The notes below the pieces were generated by a model. The model ran no database searches and was not told the DNA's origin. It worked only from the letters and a program-made list of their open reading frames with translations. A stretch of 64,000 nt of DNA, taken from assembly GCA_046563655.1 (NCBI GenBank), contig CM102286.1:1674001-1738000 (forward strand), in the 5' to 3' direction. The stretch comes from Yuukianura sp. NJ FZ-2021 (Eukaryota). The position numbers were made by a program, and so were the translations under genes. The first letter of the stretch is position 1. Every line of letters starts with the position of its first letter. Below are positions 1 to 11,918 of the stretch, piece by piece.

Positions 1-128
1 AAAATACGTTGATAATGGGATAATAATTTATTGGCATTAATTTGTTAATTGCATTTTAATTTTATAGGAGTATTGAGCATATCATTATCATCCACTCGGT
101 TCGTTAGTTTTAGTTTAGTAACAAAATA

Positions 129-1870
129 ATGGACACGTTTTTTGGAGCCACTGCGATTCAGCTGGAACCACATGATCGATTTGATAGTCAAGATGAACGA
201 TTATCAATGGTACAGGAAGGAGGAATCGGGTAAGTTTACTTGAAAGTAGTACTTTCTAGAATACCTCTTGTACTTGTTACTGCGTTAACTTGAGCCGTGT
301 TATTATCTCAATTGCAGTTATTTTATGACGTCATCGTCATGGAATGCTGGATATTGCAATACCTGACCTTTTGTCAAGGTTAAGTGACTCTTGATCTTTG
401 AACTTTCAGATACATCCTGCTCCAGCCATCTGACGAAAATCCGAATAGTATAACAATGTACATCAATACAGGATCACAGGAGATTGCTGAACCAACTCAT
501 GCCACACTAACAGTGGAATCGACAAATCCTGAAACCAATCAAAAACAGGTCCAACGATTCAAGTGCGAATATGACGGATGTACCAGGACGTATTCGACTG
601 TTGGCAATCTTAAAACTCATTTGAAGACTCACAAGGTACTACTACTATTTACTTTGAATTCCAGCACAAGAATAGTCAATACAATTTCATCAATTTTATT
701 TCTTTCAGGGTGAATATAAGTTCACATGTACCGTCGACAACTGTCACAAACAGTTCCTCTCCAGCTATTCACTGAAAGTTCATGTCCGCGTTCATACGAA
801 GGTGAGGTTTTCCATTTTTTAACAACCAATTTTTGAAAAACATGACACTAAAGTTGAACATTTATAAAAATACCACCGTTATTAGGACAAACCCTTCAAG
901 TGCACTGTGGACTCATGCGACCGTGCCTTCACGACACTTTATCGACTAAAAGCACATCAACGTCTACACGATGGCAATACTTTTAATTGCGACAGCTGTT
1001 CGAAGCACTTTACAACACTATCTGATTTGAAGAAGCATTATCGAACGCATAATGGAGAGAGGCCTTTTAGGTCAGTCGATTTTCAAATTCTCTTAGTTCC
1101 AGTGTAGTTATCCAAATTTTGTAAAATTGACATTGTTTTTCAGATGTGCCGTTACGAACTGTGACAAGAAATTCTCGGCCTCCCATCACCTCAAAACCCA
1201 TACCCGTGTCCACACCGGAGAACGGCCTTACATTTGCCCACTGTGCGAAAACAAAAGTTTCGCTACACAAACCAGTCTCAAGGCCCATGTCCTCAAGAAA
1301 CACGGATCTGGAAGAGATGCTGCTGGTACTGGCGGCAGTAGTTCGGGTGACGACACGTCTATGTCAATTGTCTTTGATGAATCAGAACTTGAAGAACTGG
1401 AGCGTCTTCTGGGTGTCCCGCTGGAAAAATTCGATCACAGTGTCAAGGTCGAACAGCTCAAGAACGTCGGGGACTCAAACGACTGCAAGTGCAAGAAATG
1501 TTGCAAGACAAATTGCCAACCGGATTGCTGTTGCCTCAAAACTTTGGACAAACTGAAGAAGTTCATGGAGACAAAGAAGGTTTGTATCTGCCCATGTCCA
1601 GAAGAGCCTTCAGGATTCAAATTAGTGGAGCCTTCGAATTGTATTATCTTAGAAGAGGAACAACCACCGACCTATTCAATGCCAAATGAAGAATGGATTT
1701 GTTCCACTCCTGGATGCACTGTCACGTCACCGTGTGACATTTGTAAAGACTTGCTACAAGCAGCAGCCACTTCAAAACCCGTCCTTGACTACCAACTTCC
1801 ACCAGATGATGGAAAGACTGTTGATGAAGAAATTGCAAGTTTTCTTAGTTCGTTGCCTAGCTCATTTTGA
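129..1870 (+). CDS. MTF-1: Metal-responsive transcription factor 1 (six C2H2 fingers plus Cys-rich C-terminus), about 5 exons
   Basis: Spliced fingers read [27 protein letters not shown]..., [56 protein letters not shown]; this is the MTF-1 finger series, preceded by ATLTVES..PET. ATG at 129, GT-AG introns. Confidence 0.95.
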
Positions 1871-2679
1871 CTGAACTCCGGAGAGTCTTGACGGTAAAAA
1901 ATAGTCTAGTCAAATCCAGTGTTATAAAAGTTACAATCAACCATAATCCAAGATTAATCTCTTCCACGGTGCCATTAATCGTCTTTTACCAAACAGGTAT
2001 GCCTCTTAATGCTTTTTGCTGTGAATTACTTAAGATCATATCCTCTAGATTAAACTGTTCCATGTAATGGTCAACAACAATTTGGTCAAAAAGTGAAAAG
2101 GTTCAGAACCGAGAAGGTCACAAAGTGAGAAAATCCAACATACGAATAAGAAAAGCCAGCTTTTTTGACCTTTTTAGTTTTGATCAAATTTTTTTTGACC
2201 ATTTCATCTGCTGCATAGATTACATCGTTTAGTAATCGAAATTAAAAAATTGGTTTACAAAAAAATGTCAAAAATTGTTGTAACGAAGTAAGAAATGATT
2301 CACACAATGATGCCTTATTTCATGCGTTTGTGTTTTCCGTGTAATAACGTCAATGTCTAACCATAAACTTAACACTTGATTTATTGGAAAGACCACTACT
2401 GCCTTTAACCTGGATTTTATTAGACTTTTAGACGAAAGTAAAAAGTCCAAATAAAATTATTTGCCACTTCCGCTACTTTTTGTCACTTGCGGTTTTTGTT
2501 TCTTGAGAAATTTTGATCACTTTGACTAATTTGACAGGCGTTAATCATTTTATTTAAAAGTGTGAGACAAAATGTCATAAAGTCAACTTACTTTCTGGAC
2601 AAACCTGCTCCACTCCAATGGCCCACATTTTTTTAAATTTTGTTCACAAGAGCGGCAAAATTTTTAAATTTTAAAAATC

Positions 2680-5173
2680 ATGGCGGTGAAAGAATTTTCG
2701 ATCGTTTTGGATACTCCCAACGACGGATTTTTTAGACCTGGAGACACTTTGCGTGGAAAAGTTTTAATTTCACTTGAAAACTCAAACCCATTTCACAGTA
2801 AGTGGAAATTTTTATGCCTAAAAATTTTGAAACAGCTTTTCAAAAAGAAAAACTTTGAGTTCAAAAAACGTTTATGAAAACTTTTTGTTTTGTATTTTAG
2901 CCTTGAAAATCGTTCTGTTTGGAAGAGCCAAAAATTCTTGGAACAAGAAAAAAGACGGCGTGCCATGTATGGTCGAAGCTGTCGAAGAATATTTGAATTT
3001 TGAAGCAGAAATGAACATCGAAGGTACAAATATTCTTACTTTATATACTTTTTATTTCAAAAATAATCAAACTTTCCCAAAAAAAATGTAAATTAATCAT
3101 TTATTTGACGTTAGATTCCAAAACTGTTGAAAAAGCGGAGTATGGATTTGAATACGAGCTTTCCGAGGGACTTCCATCTTCATTCTCCGGTGTCCAAGGA
3201 GACATCAAGTACGTCGTCAAGGCCTTTCTCGATGGCAACGCTGAATCTAAAGAGACCTCTCAAGAATTCACCGTCAGCAGTCAAATCAACTTGAATGAAG
3301 TGATGGAAGCAGCAGTGCCGGTGGAAGCTACATTTACGCAGCCACTTCTATTCGAAGACGGCCATCTTCACATGAATGTCAAACTTAACAAAACTGGATT
3401 CGTTGGTGGAGAAAACGTTTTCATTGAATGTCGATTCATGAATCCCAGCAACCAAGAAGTTCGTGTGGATCTGAGTTTAATCAAGGTGAAATTCAATCAA
3501 TTTAGTAAATTAATTTAATTAATGATTAATTGATTAATCGGTAAATGTTGATTTAACGATAATTCTGTTTGGAACAAATTCGGCAAAACGGCCACTCGAT
3601 TTTTTACGATTAAAATATCGTTTTATATCAACTTTTGGGTGTAGATTCCGAATCTGAAATCCGTTTTTGGCGGTCACGCCTCCTTCTTGGTAAGATTGAT
3701 TAATTAAGATTCTAGTGTAAATTTCATATACAGAATGAGATTTTTTGTTGTGTAACCAATGGAGATTAGAAATTATTGTTGTTATATGCTAACCAAACCT
3801 AACGCGCGCCTTCGGCGCGGGGATATAACAAACAACAATGCTTAGTATCCACTGGTTACGGTAGAAATTTTCATTCTTTATGTGAAATTTACCTGGTTAA
3901 TTAGAATCTTAATTAATAAATCTCACCATGAAGGAGGTGCGACCGCCAAAAACGGATTTCAGATTTGGAATCTACACCCAAAAATTGATATAAAACGATA
4001 TTTTAATCGTAAAAAATCGAGTGGCCGTTTTGCCGAATATAAGCCTTCTGTTTTAGGAAACAACTTATTTTGACAAAGACGCCGAAAACAGAGTGTTTCC
4101 AATAGCAACTTTTCCGGAAACGCTGGTTAGCGTAGAAGGTCCAACGCTGAAACCGCAAGAAAGTGGATCATGGACGGGAGATTTACTAAGAATTCCAGTA
4201 CTTCCGGTGCCACTTCCATGTTTTCAGAATTGTCACATCATTCGACAGCACTACTATCTTGCGGTAAACAGATTTTTTAAAAGTGTGACTTAAAAAGTTT
4301 GATCTTGTTTTGAACAGTGCTTACAATGAAACTATTTGTTTTGAATTTCAGTTTGAAATGGACATTGCTTTGCCAAATATCAACTTGGACGGGAAGATAC
4401 CGCTTATCCTCGGCACCGTGGCATTGAAGGAGCCGAACACTTCCGGAGACACGATAGATGTGCCTGTCCCAATTGCTAAAGCCAGAAACTTCCAAAAGAA
4501 GAAAGCCGTTCGTCGAGATAGAGCCATGACAACATGTCTCGTTTTCCGACCTGACAGGCCTCGTTTGAAACTTCCAGAACCAAAGCCGGAGTCTTGGACT
4601 CAGCCCAAATCCAATCCCAAAACTCCGCCAGTTACTGCTGGCGAGGTGAAGATGATTGCACAAGACCTTCAGCTCACGCTGATCAGTGATACTGCCAAGC
4701 ATGCTGAGAATCTTGACACGCCTCCAGCAACGCCGTCGTCAGGACACGACGAAACTGGGAAATACAAATGGCCAAAACCGTACATCCGACGGAGACAAGT
4801 TCCCCCAGAACCGAAAAGTGACGAAACAAAACTGCCGGTACCGACTTGTACCGATATAGAAAAGAAACCGCCACCAAAACCCGCGAGACTCAGGAAATCC
4901 AAGTCGAAACAAGGCGGATCACCAGTAGCCGCCACTCGATATGTCGCCACTGACCTTCACAGCGCGGAAGAATCCAGGTCTGAATCTAGCATTGCTCAAG
5001 GTCACGTTACCAAGGAAACGCCGCCCTATCCCAGGACGACGGCAGACCACTTCCCGGTTCCGGACTTTTCGTTCAATGTTAGTATAAATGGACACAGGCA
5101 GGAACCGATTGGCTGGAACGTAACACGGAATACACTGACACTCAAACGGGGCGTTTTGAGACTTCGGGAGTAA
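2680..5173 (+). CDS. Alpha-arrestin (arrestin-domain-containing) protein with Pro/Lys-rich tail
   Basis: FRPGDTLRGKV, LPSSFSGVQGDIKYVVKA, KTGFVGGENVFI and IPLILGT are typical Arrestin_N/C motifs; multi-exon. Confidence 0.85.
3578..4038. mobile_element. About 460-bp palindromic MITE/foldback-like element in an arrestin intron
   Basis: Left end ATTCGGCAAAACGGCCACTCGATTTTTTACGATTAAAATATCG... is the reverse complement of the right end; imperfect symmetry continues to a central CGCGCC-TTC-GGCGCG hairpin. Non-coding. Confidence 0.8.
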
Positions 5174-5400
5174 AGTTAATCACAAAAGTTAACCAAAAAT
5201 GGGACAAGTGTCAACCGACTCCCGCCATTTTCAGATTTTAGAATTAGAATTAGTTTGTGCTTTTGCTTTTAGTAATCAGCCTTTTAATTCCACTACTCAT
5301 ATTTTGTTCGGTTAAGCATAGGATATTCACTAGAAGTCAAACGTATTTGAATCGACATTGAACATGAAGTTGTTTTTAGTACACTTGTTACCCGGGTATT

Positions 5401-5833
5401 TCAAAAGTACACAATCGGATCAGATTCGGTTTTTGGACCTCTGATGCCCTCCAGAGTCTCTTTGCCATGTAAATCCTGGAAGATCTTGGCATGGTAGTAA
5501 ACTTGTGAATCGTTCAGTTGATACTTGACAAAGTAATTGATTCCAGCGACAACTTGTGATTTGTAGGTAATTGGTTTGAGGCTATAAACTGGACCGTTAC
5601 TGGCATCCTCTACTTCCACTTCCAAGTTACGCTTGATCGTGTCCAGTTTCGTCTTCAGTTCAGCTGTAACCGGCCTCTCGTTATCCGATATTCCACCCGG
5701 CATCATCTAATAAATTATAAACAACGAATTTCCAATTTCCATAAAGCCGGGATTCAAAGTTTCGAAAAATTTATTTACATACGGCTATGGCGGATGCCGC
5801 TAGAAGAAGGTTGACGAATGTCGTTGGTCCCAT
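5401..5833 (-). CDS. Stefin-like (type 1) cystatin with N-terminal signal-peptide exon
   Basis: MMPGG, QVVAG(INYFVK) and C-terminal DPIVYF. Exon 1 (5833-5783) encodes MGPTTFVNLLLAASAIA, joined by a 76-nt phase-0 intron. Confidence 0.85.
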
Positions 5834-6479
5834 TTGGAAACTTTTGATCGTAGATATCAAATCGTGGATTGGATCGTGGATCGTTTTGGTGGATATGAAA
5901 CGTTCGTCGTTCGAACTTTAACTGCACTCAATTATCCAGAAGAAGCAAAAACTTTGTAATTAATCGACCTAGAAAACAACAAGTTGTTAGGTGTGTTTAA
6001 GAGTACAAATGACAATGTAGAATTTATTACCTTGTGTTGTTGGTAAACCTCAAATTTAGAGTGAGGTGTGACAGTATAGTTGAGCAGACCTGTAGCTGTT
6101 ACAATCATTAAGCATCATTATATTGAAGATGATCCATTCGGAAGGTCATTGTCATTAAATACAAACAAACCAAAACCTGATTTTACTATGCGCCCCAGGT
6201 AACATTGAGGAAATGCATGTCATGCAATAAGCCAATTGAAACTGAAGTCCATGCGTATGTGCGACGGAGAGTTTCTAATGTCATTAGTTTATGTTGATGA
6301 TTTTATGATTGATTGTTGAAAGAAAGATTAAAAAAAGACAATTGAAGTAAGAATTTGTACATAAAAGGACATAATAAAAATGGACAGAATTAAAATACTG
6401 GGAATGTTTAATTTAGTTCAAACAAGATCGAAATTACTGTGGTTTTTGGCGTCTGGAGCAATTGTTAAGATAGTTTGAA

Positions 6480-7003
6480 CTAGTAGTGGTGGTGGTAGTC
6501 ATGATGGTGGTGATGGTGGCCGTCGTAGTGGCCATGATGATGATGATGGTCGTCATGATGATGATGATGTCCTCCGCCAAAACCGATACCAAACAAAAAT
6601 CGTTTCTGCCGGGTGCTTCCTTCTGATTGGTCAGCAGCTGTAATCACTGGATTCTCATTGGCTGGAACTGGAGATCCCCAATCCTGATCTGTAGTAACAC
6701 CGCCAGAATTTAATTTCAAGTTTCAAGGATTTTCAAATTCTGTTTGTTTTTAGTCTTAAAGGCACCGTCAACACCATCGTCAGAAGAGACCGGAAGAATT
6801 CGGAACGGAGACTCCGACTCAGACTGTTCGACGGTAGGGAGTACAACCATACTGTGGTGCAAATTGTCGTGGTCAACCGATGCTACATCTTCCTGGGGAG
6901 CTCCAACTCCTTCCTTAACTGTCGGAAATCCAGCAATTCCTTGAAGAAAAATGGCCAGTATGACGCAGACGCGGTAGCTTGAGTCAGTAGCTGAAGAACT
7001 CAT
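6480..7003 (-). CDS. Secreted prepropeptide with His-rich C-terminal peptide (148 aa if intron 6765-6689 is spliced)
   Basis: Two listed ORFs join in frame through a 77-nt GT..CAG phase-1 intron; signal peptide, acidic pro-region, RQKR site, then a His-rich tail. Confidence 0.75.
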
Positions 7004-7087
7004 CCTGATTGGATCTTTGTAGATTTCCGTTTGTAATCTTCGGAGTTGTAGCAGAAGTGTGAGGATTTATTGCTTTCTTGGCCAGTC

Positions 7088-7094
7088 TTTTATA
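7088..7094 (-). promoter_or_regulatory. Candidate TATA box for the His-rich peptide gene
   Basis: TATAAAA on the minus strand about 85 bp upstream of the ATG at 7003. Confidence 0.4.
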
Positions 7095-7959
7095 GCAGAT
7101 CATCGTGAGGGTTATTCCATAAACGTGTGGCGATAAAGTGACCAACGAATTGACGTGTGTCATAAAGTTTCGGAAGAATTTGATGTCCAGCATAAAAATA
7201 TGGAAGTCCAAGAAAAGAGTCACGATGTGCCAAGATCAGAAATGACGTCGTCTCTCCTCAGCCTGAGTAATGCAGCGCATGACTCTAAAAAAGAGATGGC
7301 AGAATGATTAGTTGTTATTGTCTTTGACAAACAAGAACATTAACATTCGTTAATTGAAGTGCAAACGGCGATTGGTAGTTTATAAGGTATGCAAATCTGA
7401 GAATCCCCAACACTTAATTTATATTCCCCTGGGGGTACATCAAAAATAGATAAACTTAAACAGAAGTGGAGTTCATTTTTTTGCGTCTCAAATGAGTGAA
7501 TTACAACACATAAAACGATTTCTCGAAATCCGAAGATCAACCTTGAACTTGATTGAGGATGAGACATGGTCGTAAAACTTCCTGCTACCTTCCCAGAATA
7601 TGAATAACCTCCAAGTATTATTAGTAATTGACAATTTCCACAAAATCTCAATGTTTGTTTAAAAACATGTTGTACTTTCTTCTGCGAATCGGTAGAAATG
7701 GATGCTACGTCAGTACTGGATGATGGCTTGATATGATAAGCTGTGTTAATTAATATTATAGAAGTTATTTTTAATATTTTCCTGGAAGACAGACTTCGGT
7801 GAGGTCTGAAAGGAGACAAAGGTTAGGTAAGATTTTTGGCAACATTATATTAAATAAATACGGTAATTACTTTAGTATGTAAGTGTAAAAAAATCTCTAA
7901 GAATAAAATTAATACAAAATAGATCATGTGTCACGAATTCGTCAGAAGAACGAATGATT

Positions 7960-8546
7960 TCAGCGGCGGTGTCTGCGTTCTTCGGAATCACGGTGACGAT
8001 CACGGTTTTTTCTATCTCTGCTTGTACTACTGCTCCTACTTCTGCCTTTCCTCTTATTAGTATTGCTAGATTTAGATTTCTTCGACTTTCGATTTCTGTC
8101 TCGTCGCCGTTCCTCCTCTGAAGAGGATGAATTTCCGCTAGAAGAGGAACTGGAATCAGAGGATGACGATGATGATGAGCTAGACGACTGACTGCTTGAA
8201 GTTGACGTGTCACGTCGTTTCCGTGTACGTTTCTTCTTGTTGTTTCTCCTGTGCTCTGCTTTTAATAATGCAAGTTTTTCTTTTAGTTCTTCCGCTCTTA
8301 ATTGAGTCAACGGCGTTTCATCTTCCGATTCACTGGAGGTACTGCTTACGTCCAGTACAACTTGCTAGAAAATTGTAAAATACAGTTATTAAAACTCAAT
8401 TTCCTTCCAGTTCGTTTTCACATTTAATGGGTTACCTTGTCCTGTTGCGTAGCAATAAAATTCCGGCATTGGTAGGTCAAATGTCCGCTGTATCCACATT
8501 TTGAGCAAGAGGATCTTCCAGTTCCATGACCCGTCTTTCTTTCCAT
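7960..8546 (-). CDS. SREK1IP1: SREK1-interacting protein 1-like (zinc knuckle plus Ser/Arg/Lys-rich tail), 2 coding exons
   Basis: MERKTGHGTGRSSCSKCGYSGHLTYQCRNF then VVLDVSSTSSESE matches the SREK1IP1 CxxCGYxGHLTxxCRNF...LDVSSTSSE signature. Confidence 0.88.
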
Positions 8547-9479
8547 TATGGTGTACCTGAAATGTATAGAATTTATATCAGCTCAACTAATCGTTCCTTG
8601 ACACTCCCCACAAGTAAATCCACAAATTGTCGACCACAATCATTAAAATATGTTAAAAATAAATTATTCTTAAAAAATAAAATTGGACCAAGAAGCTTAC
8701 AGTTTAACACTTTACCAATTACTAATTGTAAGTAAAGGGAATCGGCAATGATAACACAAATCCCAATCGGGTGATTTTCACTATTTTACTTTCAATTAGT
8801 AATTGAAAACAACTGAAATCAAGAAGTCAACTTAACAATTTACGAATTAATTACGAAAACAAAATCAATTGATTTGAGTGGATTTGAATTGGATTTCGCC
8901 TTTTTTTTTCGTAAGTTATTATTTTTTTAAAATTTTTCCCGCCGTTTTCAAAAAAAAAAAGATCTATTGCCACTAGATGTCGCATGATGTCAAAGTTCTA
9001 CCTGAAAAAGACGCTATTAAAATAATAGAAATAATCGCAAAGATATATTTTATTGTATCAAAATATAATAAAATATCATAACTCAAATACCTCAAGCGGC
9101 CAATGGCAGGTGAATATTGTAAATGGATCAAACTGAATATTATTAAAATAAGAACTACACAAAATAAACTCAACTATACTTAATTGTATTCATACAATAA
9201 ATAAAGTTAAAAAAATATTATGTTTTTATTACTTTTAAATTCTCTTATAATTTTAATAATTTTGATTTTAGATATTTGCTAATGAAATTAGAAACCTAAA
9301 AATGCGATGGTAACCAGTAGTCGTATAGCCGTTTTTTTACACCATTCACTTTTCTTTATAAATAGAAATCAGGCGAGCTCAGTATTGCCAATTTTACGCG
9401 AAATCAGTTTTGATTTTCCTATAACGCCAATAAGTTAATCAATTATTTATCCACCAAAGTTCTGAGGGAGCTCACAAAA

Positions 9480-11635
9480 ATGCAAGGCCCAGACAGACAT
9501 AAACGTGGAAGTAAAGAGCCGGAACGAGTCTCCGATTTCCTGGCAAATCAACGCCAATCACTCTTCATAAAGTAAACTTTTAGTGTGAACATCAATAATT
9601 TTAAACTGTTGTTAACTTTTGATGTAAATCAATTCACTTTTATAAAATTTACAGAGGTGAGGGTGAAAAGAGACCAGTTCCATCGTCGCATATTTTGAAA
9701 ACTCCAAATGCATCTGTTGGAAATCTGAACGTGTCTTCAGACGAACTGCTCCATATTCACCAAGTAAGCAGTTTCAACAAAAAATCTGAATATGAATCTT
9801 TAAATTTCGTTGAAAATGTTTTTAAAAATTTATTTTTAGGCAAACAAAACTAAAAGTAAAGATGGCGGAGATCGAAAGAGATCCAAAGACCCAAAGAAAA
9901 GTGGCACCTCGGATTCCGAACCAGAATCTTCGGGAAGGAAAAGATCAACGCGATTCAGTAGAAAATCTGAAACCCGTCGAAAATCATCGTCTCCTAGAAC
10001 TTCCAAAGGACCGGGGAAAAAACCGAAATCCGACGATGACGACGACGATGCTATAAGACTTTCTGAAGCGGAACGTGTGACTGATCTAAACCAGAAACTT
10101 ACAGGCAAATCCGGCGATCGTAAACAATCTGACGACACTTCAGGCGATACGCGGAAAAAATCTGACGATACTCCAGCTGATACTCGGAAAAAATCTGACG
10201 ATTCTTCCAGCGGTCGGAAAACCTCTGGTGACAAATCTGACGAACCAAAAACAGCTGACGATAAAACAAAACCGGAAGATATCTCTAACCAACCCAAAAT
10301 TAGCGATAAGACCGAAGGAGATAAGAAAGCCAAAGATAAGGAAAGCGATAAATCAGGGACTCCGCGTACCAAAAAACTCGTTCCAGTACTTACAGACGAA
10401 GAATTGGGAAGATCAGATAATGATGAAGATGATGAAAAATCTGGCAAAAAGAAGAAAAAAGGCAAAAAAGACAAAAAGGACAGCAAAAAAGACAAAAAAG
10501 ACGGCAAAAAGAAAGGGAAAAAAGGGAAATCCGGTTCCGAATCGGAAGGCGAACTTGAACCCAAAAAAGGCAGCAAATCGGATAAGAAAGAACCCGAACC
10601 AGCAAAACCCCGAAAATATCCAAGCGCGAGTAAACTTTTTTTTAAACTGAAAAATTGTGAGTTTTTAAACACAATCCAAATCACATTTTTGTCTCAAAAT
10701 TTTAGAACGCAGTGCCGAGGATGACGAAATATTTCAGTACTTACTTGACGAGGAGAGTCGGAAGTCGGAACGTTTCAGTGCCTACGACGCTGCGACTCTT
10801 TTACGTGAAATGCCGGATCACCAGTGGATGCTTGTGCCCAGTATAAAGTGGTCAATCATGCGTGATGACAAGGAGCGTCAGCTGATCCAGCGACAGTTGG
10901 AAGAAAAAGAAGCGGTTCGCTTAAAATCGCTTGCAGAAGAAGAAGTTAAAGGTGAAGAACCTGAACTGATTGAACTATTTCCACCACGGCCTTTGGCTCT
11001 CTCAATGCCGGATGACCCTTGTCGTCCAAATCCATGTCCATGCAAAGACAAGAAGCGGGAAATGGCACTTCCCTCGTGCAAAGAGCCTGAAATCAAGCAA
11101 ACTCCGTCTGAAAAATGCTGGCAGGACTATTTAGCAAGAGATCAGAAAGAACGACGCATGCGTTGGTTCACTTGCGTCTTGTTGTCTGCACATACCAGAC
11201 GGCCCAATTGGATTCCACCGCCAGAAGAGTACATTCGGAAGCAGCATCAAGCACTCAAGGAGGCGGAGCCTGTAGAAGCTCCACCTCCACCGGAAGAGCC
11301 AATAGCAGCAGTGGACCAAAATGGCGCTGATACTGCTCAACCGAACACCGAAGTACTGGAAAGTGCTGACGCAGGCGTAAATCCCACCCTGGTCAAAGAA
11401 AACAAAAATACTAGAAAGAGCAGTGGTGGCAGTAGTGCCAAAGGTTAAATGCTGAAAATGTTGAATAATTAACACTGTTAATGAAAAGTTATAGTTAATT
11501 AATTAAGTAATTATCATAACTAATTAATTATAAAAATTGTTTTGCTTTATAGGAAGAGCATCTTTGCAGAAAGTTCAAGGTCAAAAGTTGACAGAGAAGA
11601 AGGGGTCTGGAGCGAAAAAGGCTTCGCGAGCATGA
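9480..11635 (+). CDS. Uncharacterised Lys/Asp/Ser-rich, largely disordered protein, about 5 exons
   Basis: Long biased ORFs (10077-10724, 10810-11448) linked by canonical short introns; internal repeat RKKSDD; no recognised domain. Confidence 0.7.
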
Positions 11636-11918
11636 TTTTTTATCTAAAAATTTACAATTTATAACAAAATGAACATTTTTTGATTAAAAAATGTCAGTGA
11701 CCTTTGACCTTTCATATTTTCTAAATCTGATTCCAATAAGATGAGTTCTTTATATCAGCTGGAAATGAGGCGCGAATTTCGTAAAACTTGATTCCTCGTG
11801 CTCTTGTTTTTCAATTTTTGTTTGCTTTGTTTTCTTTTGTGTTTGTTTTTGTTTTCAATGAGTTTCAATTTCGTATGACCTCTGACCTAAATTATTTTAG
11901 GGGTAATACTGTCAATTG

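Noticed and set aside
6716..6719. Apparent programmed frameshift between the two overlapping ORFs of the His-rich gene
   Set aside because: A canonical 77-nt GT-AG intron explains the frame change more simply.
7340..7819. 159-aa minus-strand ORF with TTG start
   Set aside because: No ATG start, domain or splice support; probably intergenic or 3' UTR sequence.
9836..10684. 282-aa hydrophobic Phe/Ser/Leu-rich minus-strand ORF
   Set aside because: Antisense shadow of the Lys/Asp-rich plus-strand exon.
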